DNA from: Nanobdellati archaeon
GTDB lineage: Archaea; EX4484-52; GLR71
NCBI GenBank assembly: GCA_019429005.1
Contig: JAHYJR010000007.1
Span: 1-53,762 of the forward strand
Direction: 5' to 3'
Length of the DNA: 53,762 bases
Of this stretch, positions 19,644-29,850 are shown one piece after another. The notes beneath the pieces are model-generated. The model made no database searches. It had not been told where the DNA came from and was given only the letters and a program-made list of their open reading frames with translations. Made by a program: the position numbers and the translations under genes. Each line of letters opens with the position of its first letter. Position 1 is the stretch's first letter.

Positions 19644-21290
19644 CTACATCTTCTTTATCTCTTCAATTATCTTTGAAAAAACTTCATCTTTTGCACCTTC
19701 AACAAACTTTATTGAACCTGCAGCATGATGACCACCACCAGATATTGAACCATACGGCATCTCACGCACTAACTTAACAATTAAATCATTAACATTAAAC
19801 CCACGTTCAACAGCAGGGTCTGATATACGCATAGTCACAAAAAACGGACCAAGGCCAATAGTCACAACCATCCTACCTATATATTTATCTTTAAGGGAAT
19901 CATGTGCCATACCTGTCGCCATGCCCGGTGCTGGGAACTCGCCTCTATGAGTCGTAAGACTTGTATCTAATATACCAACAATTACCTTATTATCAAATTC
20001 TTCAACAGACAGGTATTCATCATTCACTAAGTTCTGGTTCTTAAGCGCAAGTCCGATTTCATCATTCAAAAGAGTAACAAGAACACGCTGTTTTTTCAAA
20101 TCAACACCAAGAAGATCATCAACAAGTTTCCAACCTTCAGAAAATCTAAGATAATGTGCTTCAAAATCAACAGCTAATGCAATCTGTTTCAAATAATCTA
20201 AATCAAACCCCATCTCTTTTGCAATAGACATATACTTATCAAAATCATCACCTTTAGCTCGATCTGCTACACCAGCTAAAGCAGGGAAAAAATCAAGATT
20301 GGATACATTTTCATTAAGTAACCTTGCAAGTTCTACACAAAGCATACCTGCTGTAAGATTATTATCACCACCAAACAGATATGGATTCATATGAGCATCC
20401 AAAAATTCATCAACTTTTGATTTGCCATCAATGACTTCACCAGGATAATGATGATCTACAACAATAACCTTTGCATTATAAATTTTTGCTTTACGTATAG
20501 CCAAAATATCTTCTTCAGTAGAACCATTATCTACAAGGATTATCAAAGGTTCAATCTGACCAAAACGTTCCATATCTTTAAGTGCCATAGAAATATCTCT
20601 TAAAACATCAGAATATTCATAGAACGGTGCTTTTGATGGCGAACGTGAAAAATAACGCCATTTTGAATCCTTACTGCCATATTGTGCTTCAATCAAAGGT
20701 ATAATAGCACGCTGAAGAGCAATACCACCACAATACCCATCAGTATCCGCATGATGCCTTACAATAATAGGCCTACCTTCAATGATTGCTCTTTTTATCA
20801 AAGATGCAACCTCAATAAATCGCTGTTTCATTTTATCAAGCATAGGACTTTCAATCAAAAAATCTGAAGATTTAGGTTCAGATAATTTTTTTATATTTTC
20901 TTCAATCTGATTCGAAACCTCAATCTCTTTGGGTGGTAATAATTTACGAATTATAGTTATTTCATTTTTCTTACGCCCATTTTGATTCTTAATAGACAAT
21001 AAGATACTTACAATATCCTCAGAATTAATTTCCGGATTTGCTCTAACACCAGCACCATTAAAAGCTGTAACTTCAATAGAACCTGTACCATCATTAATCA
21101 TAAATACTGTCGGTCCTGAAGTCTGTTGTACTGATATAACTTTACCTTCAATTTGATATATACCTAAACTCTGTTCTAACACAAATTTAATTGTCTTTTT
21201 TTGAATTTTAGATTCACTTGAATTATCATTATTATTATTATCATTAGGAGAACTATTTTCAGAACTCTTTTTAATTATTATTTTATTCAT
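19644..21290 (-). CDS. Archaeal RecJ-like DHH exonuclease with N-terminal OB fold
   Basis: QQTSGPTVF OB fold, HHADTDG, VDNGS, VDHH and the DHHA1 motif GGGHHAAG. Confidence 0.9.
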   Translation of the reverse strand: MNKIIIKKSSENSSPNDNNNNDNSSESKIQKKTIKFVLEQSLGIYQIEGKVISVQQTSGPTVFMINDGTGSIEVTAFNGAGVRANPEINSEDIVSILLSIKNQNGRKKNEITIIRKLLPPKEIEVSNQIEENIKKLSEPKSSDFLIESPMLDKMKQRFIEVASLIKRAIIEGRPIIVRHHADTDGYCGGIALQRAIIPLIEAQYGSKDSKWRYFSRSPSKAPFYEYSDVLRDISMALKDMERFGQIEPLIILVDNGSTEEDILAIRKAKIYNAKVIVVDHHYPGEVIDGKSKVDEFLDAHMNPYLFGGDNNLTAGMLCVELARLLNENVSNLDFFPALAGVADRAKGDDFDKYMSIAKEMGFDLDYLKQIALAVDFEAHYLRFSEGWKLVDDLLGVDLKKQRVLVTLLNDEIGLALKNQNLVNDEYLSVEEFDNKVIVGILDTSLTTHRGEFPAPGMATGMAHDSLKDKYIGRMVVTIGLGPFFVTMRISDPAVERGFNVNDLIVKLVREMPYGSISGGGHHAAGSIKFVEGAKDEVFSKIIEEIKKM

Positions 21291-21392
21291 AAAATCACTT
21301 TAATATTAATTATTTATACATATATTATAAAAAAACCTTTAGATATCCACTGTTTATAAGTCAATTAAAAAAAATGCAAAGAATATAAATTA

Positions 21393-21470
21393 GTGGTTAG
21401 GCGTATAAAAATTAATCAAAAAACTTACGTCAAATGATTGTTTAACGCCCACCTAATCCAGGGTATTTCA
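21393..21470 (+). other. Repeated GC-rich hairpin element, copy E2
   Basis: GTGGTTAGGCGT...ACGCCCACCTAATCCAGGG; left arm matches E1 at 15/19 and the right 15-mer is identical. Confidence 0.55.
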
Positions 21471-21536
21471 AAAATATTTGCTAATTAATTAATAATACAT
21501 AAACTTTATAAAACTATTGTTTATAAAAAATTATAA

Positions 21537-21674
21537 TCAATTAACATTCCAAATTAGATTTTGAATAAATGTACGCTTTTCACATTCTTCTTTTTGATCC
21601 AGACCCTCTTTCACAGGAAGTGTACATTCCCCATTAACATAATCTTTACACGTAGCACATTTTTTTGTTAACAT
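21537..21674 (-). CDS. Cys-rich microprotein, 45 aa (MLTKKCATCKDYVNGECTLP...ECEKR), not in the ORF track
   Basis: GAGGT SD, ATG start, CxxC-x7-C-x13-C pattern. Confidence 0.7.
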   Translation of the reverse strand: MLTKKCATCKDYVNGECTLPVKEGLDQKEECEKRTFIQNLIWNVN

Positions 21675-21785
21675 TCTATGACCTCTAATAATTATTAACA
21701 ATTTTGTTTTTTAAATACTTTATTGTTGGTAACCTTCAGAACAATAAATAATAAAATATAAAAAGAAAAAAACTATAAAAAATAT

Positions 21786-22271
21786 ATGGAAATACGAAAA
21801 GCTACAGAAAATGATGTTAACAAATTAATAAAAATAATAATAAATTTAAAAACAGAACTATCTCAATTCAAATCTAAAGAAGAACAAAAAATTATGAAAG
21901 AGACAAAAACAAATGATGAGATTAAAGAAAATATTAAATCCCTTATATCTAAAAAACATTTTCTTGTAGCTTGTGAAAATACCGAAATCATCGGTTATGT
22001 TTATGGTAATATTAAAGAGTTAAAACATATAATATATAAACCAATCAAATATGGAACACTAAACTATCTCTGGGTAAAAAAAGAATTCCGTAAAAATAAA
22101 ATATCTTCAAAATTGAAAAATGAACTACTTAAATGGTTCAAAAAAAACAACTGTAAATATATTGATCTTTTAGTTCTTAATGAAAATCCAGCTCAAAATA
22201 TTTATGAAAAATGGGGCTTTAAAAAATATCTTATCAAAATGAGAAAAATAATTGATAATCAGAATAATTGA
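21786..22271 (+). CDS. GNAT family N-acetyltransferase
   Basis: IRKAT..D start, LWVKKEFRKNKIS motif A, N.PAQNIYEKWGF. Confidence 0.9.
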   Translation: MEIRKATENDVNKLIKIIINLKTELSQFKSKEEQKIMKETKTNDEIKENIKSLISKKHFLVACENTEIIGYVYGNIKELKHIIYKPIKYGTLNYLWVKKEFRKNKISSKLKNELLKWFKKNNCKYIDLLVLNENPAQNIYEKWGFKKYLIKMRKIIDNQNN

Positions 22272-22339
22272 TAATCAGAATAATTGATAATCAGAATAAT
22301 TGATAATCAGAATAATTGATAATCAGAATAATTGATAAT
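22251..22339. repeat. Tandem repeat, about 5.5 x 16 bp (ATTGATAATCAGAATA)
   Basis: Five exact units plus a partial one, overlapping the GNAT stop codon. Confidence 0.95.
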
Positions 22340-22376
22340 TAAGATAATCTTATTAACAACAAGATTAAAAACATTC

Positions 22377-23765
22377 TTAAAACCCGCAAATCAGATTAAC
22401 ACCACTTTCTACAAAATATGGTCCAAATAATGTAAACAATACCAAGAAGAATGTAATAAAAGTCAAAATATATGCAATCTTACCAGAATATTTAAACCCT
22501 GTAGAACCGATTGCCTCTTTAGCTAATAAGCCACCATCTAAAGGTCCCATTGGAAGAAGATTAAAAAGACCTACACCCAAGTTAAGCATAAAAAGCCATA
22601 AAAATAACTCAACAAGATAAGGATAGAATGTTTCAAATCCTGAACTAATTACTGAAGGTAAATTATATTTAGTCAAAATACCCATAGATACTCCTGTGAT
22701 ACCAAGATATCTTGAAGTGATTGTCTGATTCTCAACAACACATTCTGTTCCAGATAATTTAAAATCAACAGCTTGAACAAATGATGGATATTGTTCATAC
22801 GAATCAATAATATCTGTAGCTGACAAATCATAAATTGTGCCATCAACATCAACTGATAAAACACCATCATTACTATTGATAATAGTAATAAAATCATTAA
22901 GAGTTGTTATATTAATACCATTTACAGATAAGATAGTACCTGATTCGGGAAGAATCCCAAATGCTTGAGTATCATCCATCAATCCACTATAATTAATACC
23001 AATATCTGCTGTGAAAAATAAAGAATATGACATAACAGATATTAACAATAAAAATAAAGACAATCCCGCAAATATAAAATTGCTAAAACTCCCTGCAGCA
23101 AAAATCCTTGACTTTGTAAGCGAACTTTTTTTGCTTAATTGAACTTCATCAGGTTCTGCAAAACCAAGCGGAAGCACAGCAAAAAAACCATAACCCATAG
23201 ATTTAACCCTAACATTTTCAACTCTTGCAATAATAGCGTGAGCTAATTCATGAACAACAACAAGGAAAAATATAGATATCAACCAATATGTTATAGGCAC
23301 ATAAAAAATTGGTGCACCCGAAACCTGAACTGGTAATACAAGCTGTAATGGCGCAAGAAGTTTAGGCATAGTAAATACAGATACCGAATTAGATAAAAGA
23401 TAATAAAACATTGAACCCGAAACACCAAAAAGAACAGTTGCAATAAGCACAAAACCGCTCATAACTGTTGAGAACACTGGATACAATACTAAAAATGCAA
23501 TTGCAGAATACATAATATATTTTCGATTCTTTTGCTCTTTCAAAACATACCAAATACCAAAAACACCAAGACTTATCATAATCCCAATATCTGCAAAAAC
23601 CTTGAAAAAACGATTATATTTTTTTGCTAAATTATCTACAAATTCAAGACCTCTATCAGTTCGTCTTAAAAAAAGAAGTCCAGTTCTTTTAAAATTTTTA
23701 CCATCAACAATCCAAATTATAAAAAATAAAGCTAAAAGAATTATTAACGACTGATAATTATCCAT
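22377..23765 (-). CDS. Site-2 protease (peptidase M50) with PDZ-like domain
   Basis: HELAH, AAGSFSN, NLLPMGPLDGG and multiple TM segments. Confidence 0.93.
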   Translation of the reverse strand: MDNYQSLIILLALFFIIWIVDGKNFKRTGLLFLRRTDRGLEFVDNLAKKYNRFFKVFADIGIMISLGVFGIWYVLKEQKNRKYIMYSAIAFLVLYPVFSTVMSGFVLIATVLFGVSGSMFYYLLSNSVSVFTMPKLLAPLQLVLPVQVSGAPIFYVPITYWLISIFFLVVVHELAHAIIARVENVRVKSMGYGFFAVLPLGFAEPDEVQLSKKSSLTKSRIFAAGSFSNFIFAGLSLFLLLISVMSYSLFFTADIGINYSGLMDDTQAFGILPESGTILSVNGINITTLNDFITIINSNDGVLSVDVDGTIYDLSATDIIDSYEQYPSFVQAVDFKLSGTECVVENQTITSRYLGITGVSMGILTKYNLPSVISSGFETFYPYLVELFLWLFMLNLGVGLFNLLPMGPLDGGLLAKEAIGSTGFKYSGKIAYILTFITFFLVLFTLFGPYFVESGVNLICGF

Positions 23766-23965
23766 ATCATGTTGTTGTATATAACATATATATATCTTTA
23801 CAAATTATTAAAAAATATTTAAATATTAAAAACAGATATATCTATAAATAGCAAAAATTCAATACTTCTAGATACTAACAAATATAAAATTATATCCAAC
23901 TTATTAATCTATTGAATAAAATAATATTACAATTTATTAAATATTATTTTAAAATGTTGATTAAT

Positions 23966-25027
23966 ATGACAAATTTAAATCCAATTGATTATAGAGGACA
24001 TCATGTCGCAATAACTACACCTCTCGAGTACGGTGGTTCAATCGACGAAAATGGATTAAAACAAAATATTGAATTTCTTCTTGAATATGGTGTCAATGGA
24101 ATTGTTGCTGTAGGCACAACCGGTCAAAGTCCAACTTTAACACCAGATGAACATCTTAAAGTCATTGCTATTACAGTAGACACTGTCAATGGTAAAATTC
24201 CTGTTATTGCCGGCACAGGCTCAAACAACACAAAAGAAGCTATATATTTTACAAGAGAATCCAATAATATTGGTGCAGATGCAACACTACAAGTAGATCC
24301 ATATTATAACAAACCAAATTCAAATGGTATTGCAAGACATATAGATCAAATTGCAAAAAGTGCAGACATTCCAATAATATATTATTCAATACCGGGTCGA
24401 AGTGGTACAACAATAAATGTAGCTGATCTTGCACAACTAACAGAAGAATATTCACAGATTATAGGTATAAAAAATGCAACATCAGATTTTGAAAACATGA
24501 AAAATATAAGAAAATATTGTGGTAATGATTTCTTAATATTATCTGGAAATGACACAGACACACAAAGAATGATGTGGCACCCAGACATAAAAGCTGATGG
24601 TGTTGTAAGTGTAATGGGTAATTTGACACCACAGATCTCAACAGAAATCATCAAGAACAGTCTTGATTTACCACGAAATACATCAAAAAAAGATATATAT
24701 GACAAAGATAACAAATTATTACCCCTATACAATCTTGAAATGGGAACAGACAAAAAGAACTCCTTAAGCCATATAAAAAAAGTAATATTAAAATATAAAA
24801 CAAACTTAGATTCACTTCAAAAATATCCAAATCCTGTAGGAATACATACAATGATGGATATCTTAGGTATGCCAACTGGAGAACTAAGATCACCACTTGA
24901 ACCTGTACCAGATGTATTAAGACAAAAAGTGAAAAATGTATTAAGTAAATTTCAAAAAGAAACAGGATATCTTGATCCTGTCAGTGAATTTTTTGATATC
25001 AATTTAGAAACAAAACTTAACCTATAA
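23966..25027 (+). CDS. dapA: 4-hydroxy-tetrahydrodipicolinate synthase (DapA family)
   Basis: GTTGQS, AGTGSNNT, PYYNKP, IYYSIPGRS, GIK (Schiff-base Lys) and NPVGI. Confidence 0.88.
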   Translation: MTNLNPIDYRGHHVAITTPLEYGGSIDENGLKQNIEFLLEYGVNGIVAVGTTGQSPTLTPDEHLKVIAITVDTVNGKIPVIAGTGSNNTKEAIYFTRESNNIGADATLQVDPYYNKPNSNGIARHIDQIAKSADIPIIYYSIPGRSGTTINVADLAQLTEEYSQIIGIKNATSDFENMKNIRKYCGNDFLILSGNDTDTQRMMWHPDIKADGVVSVMGNLTPQISTEIIKNSLDLPRNTSKKDIYDKDNKLLPLYNLEMGTDKKNSLSHIKKVILKYKTNLDSLQKYPNPVGIHTMMDILGMPTGELRSPLEPVPDVLRQKVKNVLSKFQKETGYLDPVSEFFDINLETKLNL

Positions 25028-25090
25028 CAAATATATATAAAAAATAAAATAAAATAAACTTTAACAATATAAAAAACAGGTTTGATAAAT

Positions 25091-26575
25091 ATTTGCTTTA
25101 TTGCTGGTGTATACTTACTTGAAAAAAATGAAAAAAGACTTTCAAAAGTCCATCAATATATTGAAAATCTTATGACACTTTGCTGGAACAGAGCAAATGA
25201 TGAAGGTTCGGGTATTGGTTGGTATGATTTTGATAAAAATACCCTTGGACGTGAAGTAAAAGAAGGTCCGCTTGTATGGTCAAAAAGTTTTCATGAAAAT
25301 TATCCTGTAATGATATCACATGGCATATATTCTAATTCAGGCACAAAAAAAAATATCGAAGAAAAATTACACCCTTTATACAGTGAAAATGATAAACTTC
25401 TTTTTGCATTCAACGGTAACATACCAAACCATGAAAAACTCCGTAAATTAATGCCAGAATATACATTTAATATAGATGGCGATACAGAAACTCTTGCAAA
25501 CCTTCTTGAAAAAGCATATGAACAAAGTGGCGACATATTCAAATCAGTCAAACTTATGTATTCTGTAATTGATGGACCTTGTAACTTTGAAACAATACTT
25601 GATGATGGTAGTCTTGTAATTGGAAGAAGTCCAGATGGAAACAAACCACTCCACATGGCAAAAAATAGAAAAAGAAATGTATTTTCATTTGCATCTGAAA
25701 GTTCTGCATTACAACAATACTTCAGAGACGAAGATATATGCCCAGTTAAACCTGGAGAAGTTATTAAAATTACAAAAGGTATTATTGAATCAAAAATATA
25801 CCCAATAAAACCAATAAAAAGATGCCCTTTCGAATTCCCCTATTTCGCTAAACCTGATTCATATATAGATGGTATCAATGTAGGTTCTGCAAGACGTAAT
25901 ATTGGAAAAATACTAGCATTAAAAAATGATATCCCTACAGATGCTAAAACTGGTGCAGTACCTGATTCAGCAATTGAATTAGCACAAGGTTTTGCAGGTG
26001 GTATGCTAGAACAATGGATAAATAATTGTGAAACACTTAAAGAAGCAAAAGAAATAGCAAACAAGGGTATTCCACTTTATAACGTACTTATGAGAAACAG
26101 ATTTGGTGGTATAAAACGAACTTTTATGCAAAGCTCGGAAGAACTAAGAGACCATGCAATAAGAATCAAATTCAATCCAGTAAAAGAAAACATAACAGAT
26201 GAAGATATATATATTATAGATGACTCAATCGTGCGTGGAAGAACAATAAAGCAAATTGTTAGAGACATAAAACGTTATAATCCTAAAAAAGTACATATGC
26301 TGATTGGTTTTCCAGAGATAAAATATCCATGTCACATAGGTATTGATATGCAAACAAAGGAAGAACTGATTAGTGCAAACATGACACAACAAGAAATTAT
26401 AAATTATGCTAACCTTGATAGCCTTGAATTCGCAACAATGGAAGATATCTCAAAAGCGACAGGTTTTCCAATTGAAGAATTCTGTTTAGGTTGCACAGAA
26501 GGAATACAACCAATAACACCAACTATTGATATTGACCATATTGATCCTGATAATCTGTTTGAACAACTTTATTGA
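25091..26575 (+). CDS. purF: Amidophosphoribosyltransferase-like protein (divergent glutaminase domain); probable ATT start
   Basis: N-terminal (M)CFIAG, NGNI, CPFE..YFA, VPDS, DDSIVRGRT PRPP loop, PC..GID and CLGC. Confidence 0.85.
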   Translation: MCFIAGVYLLEKNEKRLSKVHQYIENLMTLCWNRANDEGSGIGWYDFDKNTLGREVKEGPLVWSKSFHENYPVMISHGIYSNSGTKKNIEEKLHPLYSENDKLLFAFNGNIPNHEKLRKLMPEYTFNIDGDTETLANLLEKAYEQSGDIFKSVKLMYSVIDGPCNFETILDDGSLVIGRSPDGNKPLHMAKNRKRNVFSFASESSALQQYFRDEDICPVKPGEVIKITKGIIESKIYPIKPIKRCPFEFPYFAKPDSYIDGINVGSARRNIGKILALKNDIPTDAKTGAVPDSAIELAQGFAGGMLEQWINNCETLKEAKEIANKGIPLYNVLMRNRFGGIKRTFMQSSEELRDHAIRIKFNPVKENITDEDIYIIDDSIVRGRTIKQIVRDIKRYNPKKVHMLIGFPEIKYPCHIGIDMQTKEELISANMTQQEIINYANLDSLEFATMEDISKATGFPIEEFCLGCTEGIQPITPTIDIDHIDPDNLFEQLY

Positions 26576-26723
26576 ATATTATTTCATACGATTTTATTTA
26601 TGTTTATTCAGAGCTTACTTCTCATAAGAACAACTTTATTGAATATTATTTCATACGATTTTATTTATGTTTATTCAGAGCTTACTTCTCATAAGAACAA
26701 CTTTATTGAATATTATTTCATAC
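26561..26723. repeat. Tandem duplication, about 2.4 x 67 bp, including the purF stop codon
   Basis: Exact units start at 26561, 26628 and 26695. Confidence 0.95.
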
Positions 26724-26747
26724 TCAATTATTTCGTATTCAAACAAA

Positions 26748-28340
26748 TCATTTTATACTCTTTAATATTCCTAAAACTTTCTCTTTACCAATATTCTTAA
26801 TAAAACCTGTAAGTCTTGGACCTCGCTCTTTACCAATCAATACAAGATACACTGCCGTAAAAAACTCTTTTGTTGAAAGCTCTGTAGATACCATTATACT
26901 TTTAAACATCTCAAAAATCGCATCTTCAGTGTAATCTTTTTCAAGCAATTTTTCAGAAAGCATCTTAAGCGCACTTATCTGATTCTTTGATAACTTTGAA
27001 ATAACTTCAGCAGATACAGACTCATTTATCTTAATAATATACTGCTCTGGAGCATATTTAAAAAGCCACGTCTCAGCACAAGCAATCATGTTTTCAACTC
27101 GCATAACATCATAAAGCATAGGAGCCTTAACATCTGCAAGAATCAATTTTTTAGTTTTCTCTTTATCCTGAGTTGCTTGTAAAATATCGCATATTGTCCT
27201 AAATGCAGGCTGTATTGGAAGCTTTTTTGGTATGATGCCTGGAATAGAAAATCTATATATACGCTTCATCTGATTCAATTTCTTGGCATTCTCCTCATCC
27301 TCTATAAAATAAGATCGCTCAACATTATAGAAATCCTCATATATCTTAAAGACCTCATCATCAAAAGCAATAGCAAATTCCTTATTAGGTTTTGTGCCCA
27401 CAAAAAGAAATCTTGTAATCTCTGGAAGATAGACACCCAACACATCAGTCACAGATATAACATTACCTGTTGACCCTGCCATCTTTCCGCCGACACCTTT
27501 AAGGATTATGAAATCATACATTTTATATATCGGAGGCTCTTTTTGAAAAATATGTTTAACAACAACTTTTGCAGTATCCCTAGAACCGCCCGCACTTGAA
27601 TGCTCTTTACCTCCTGGCTCAAAATCAACATTTTCAAAATCCCATCTCATAGGCCAATCAATTCTCCAAGGCGGTTTTACAATACCAACTTTCCTAAAAT
27701 CAATAGTATTTTTGAATCCGCATTCACAAGAATATTTGATTGAATATTCCTCATCATATTTCTCAACCTTGGTTGAATCTTTACCACATTTCTCACAATA
27801 AACTTCAAGAGGAATCCAATCTTCTGAATGTGCTTCTTTTCTAAATTTATCCAGAATCTTTCTAATTCTAGCTCGTGCTTTAAGTGCAGTTCTTATTGAT
27901 TCAGCATACATGCAAGCCTTAAAATTCTCATTCTGTCTTATAAATGTTGGATGTATATCAAGAACTTTAATAGATTCTTCAAGTTCTTTTTCAAAATGTT
28001 CAGCATAAGATTTATGACAACCAAACGGATCTATTGTAGAAGATACTGGAAGCCCTATACATTCTTTAAGCTTATCTTTTTCAGGCAGATTTCCAGGAAC
28101 TTTTCTAAACCGGTCATAATCATCCCAGGAATATATGAACTTAACATTTTTTCCTCTATCAGCAAGCGCTTTAACAACAAGATCTGTAGTAATTATCTCT
28201 CTAAAGTTTCCAATATGAACTGTTCCAGACGGAGTTATACCTGATGCACAAACGTACTCTTTTTTATCGCCTTTTTCTTGTATTACCTGCTCTGCAATTT
28301 GATCTGCCCAATGAATCAATTGTATATCCTTATCTGTCAT
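26748..28340 (-). CDS. lysS: Lysine--tRNA ligase, class I
   Basis: HWAD, GITPSGTVHIGN, WRIDWPMRW, KMAGS (KMSKS-like) and GPRL. Confidence 0.97.
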   Translation of the reverse strand: MTDKDIQLIHWADQIAEQVIQEKGDKKEYVCASGITPSGTVHIGNFREIITTDLVVKALADRGKNVKFIYSWDDYDRFRKVPGNLPEKDKLKECIGLPVSSTIDPFGCHKSYAEHFEKELEESIKVLDIHPTFIRQNENFKACMYAESIRTALKARARIRKILDKFRKEAHSEDWIPLEVYCEKCGKDSTKVEKYDEEYSIKYSCECGFKNTIDFRKVGIVKPPWRIDWPMRWDFENVDFEPGGKEHSSAGGSRDTAKVVVKHIFQKEPPIYKMYDFIILKGVGGKMAGSTGNVISVTDVLGVYLPEITRFLFVGTKPNKEFAIAFDDEVFKIYEDFYNVERSYFIEDEENAKKLNQMKRIYRFSIPGIIPKKLPIQPAFRTICDILQATQDKEKTKKLILADVKAPMLYDVMRVENMIACAETWLFKYAPEQYIIKINESVSAEVISKLSKNQISALKMLSEKLLEKDYTEDAIFEMFKSIMVSTELSTKEFFTAVYLVLIGKERGPRLTGFIKNIGKEKVLGILKSIK

Positions 28341-28529
28341 AATATCACCTGAAACTTAAGTGTAATAGAAATAATAACCATAAAATTATAAAAGGATTAT
28401 TATTTTACCTTTTATTTTAACTTACCAACCAATATACTATTTATTTAATATAAAAAATATTTAATAAAATCATTAAATAATAATCAATTTTTTCATCAGA
28501 ACAAATCTATTTTTAATATTTCACACCCT

Positions 28530-28627
28530 ATATATTATATAATAAAATTATGTATATTATTATAATACAACAACTTGAAAAAATAGTATATTATTAATAT
28601 ATTATATAATAAAATTATGTATATTAT
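28530..28627. repeat. 31-bp direct repeat (28530-28560 and 28597-28627) in a divergent promoter region
   Basis: ATATATTATATAATAAAATTATGTATATTAT occurs twice. Confidence 0.8.
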
Positions 28628-28683
28628 AGTCTATTTAGGGCATATTATGGTTATTATTAAAATAAAGTATTTAATTGATTTAA

Positions 28684-29751
28684 ATGACGTTACGACTTTC
28701 AGAGGAATTAAGTTATGAACAACATCGTCGACGTATGGAATATTTTTATTACAGAAAACAACTAGATTTGATAATATTACAATTTACACTATTAGATTCA
28801 TATAATAATTTCAAGAAAGCTAAATGTCCATATCCTTTTGTTGATATTAAATCATTAGAACATACATTTTCCTACGACGATAGTATAGATGTAGAATATG
28901 AACATCAAAACTCAGCATTAATTCTATTTTATGAAGACAAAATAGATCCTAAATATGAACGACATTTTAGATTTAATTCGAAAAACCGTGTTATGCAAGA
29001 AAATTTTTATCCGTTGCTTGTTGTTGATAATTATAATCCAGAACATCAAAAAATGGAACATCCTGAATTTGAAAACTTTTTTAAAAAATTCCTTTATGTA
29101 GATAGTGCAATATTGATACAAGAAAATGAAGAAAAACATTATTCAATGACAAATTTCCATATGCGAATTGACAAAAGTTATTACGAATGCACAGAACAGT
29201 TTGCAGTATTTTTACGATATGTATCTAGAAATCTTCAAGAATTAAATCCCGAACTTAAAGAAAATATGCAAGCTAAAATTGCACAATATTATGGCTTTAA
29301 TTATTACAGAACATCAAATAGACGTCAAGCTGCAATAGTTGCAGCATCAACTATAAATACAGACTTAGATTTTATAGGAACTGTATATGTTTCCAGTTCT
29401 TCAGAACGTACACTTACAAAAATATCTGAAAAAGGTGTTTCTAAATACATTTTACTTAGACTAACCCCTGAAGAAATCGAAGAACTTAACATAATAATAG
29501 GCACTAATGGAAATCTAAATGATTATATAATTGAAATGGAACAAGATTCAGCTATCGTAATCCTCCAAGTTATCTATGTACCAACAACACATTCTAAACC
29601 ACCTGAAGACGACAAACTTAGAGAATTCTCTGCTAAAAACTCATGGATCAAAGTTGAAAAACAATTAATTATACCTCGTCTAGATAAAAAAAATGTAGCA
29701 CCTATAAAAATCAAAAAACTTTATGGTTGTAAGATCAAAGCTGATAATTAG
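28684..29751 (+). CDS. Hypothetical protein
   Basis: 355-aa globular-looking ORF; no function recognised. Confidence 0.8.
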   Translation: MTLRLSEELSYEQHRRRMEYFYYRKQLDLIILQFTLLDSYNNFKKAKCPYPFVDIKSLEHTFSYDDSIDVEYEHQNSALILFYEDKIDPKYERHFRFNSKNRVMQENFYPLLVVDNYNPEHQKMEHPEFENFFKKFLYVDSAILIQENEEKHYSMTNFHMRIDKSYYECTEQFAVFLRYVSRNLQELNPELKENMQAKIAQYYGFNYYRTSNRRQAAIVAASTINTDLDFIGTVYVSSSSERTLTKISEKGVSKYILLRLTPEEIEELNIIIGTNGNLNDYIIEMEQDSAIVILQVIYVPTTHSKPPEDDKLREFSAKNSWIKVEKQLIIPRLDKKNVAPIKIKKLYGCKIKADN

Positions 29752-29850
29752 CAATTAATTTCAAATACTTAATCTCTACAATTAATTAAACATTTTTATC
29801 AAGTTAAAACATTTAATCCCTATAAAAATCTAAGCTTATAATATATAAAC

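Noticed and set aside
26561-26723. Mini-CRISPR (67-bp period)
   Set aside because: The would-be spacers are identical, so this is a simple tandem duplication that includes the purF end.
26600-26800. 66-aa ORF
   Set aside because: It arises from the 67-bp duplication and overlaps lysS antisense.
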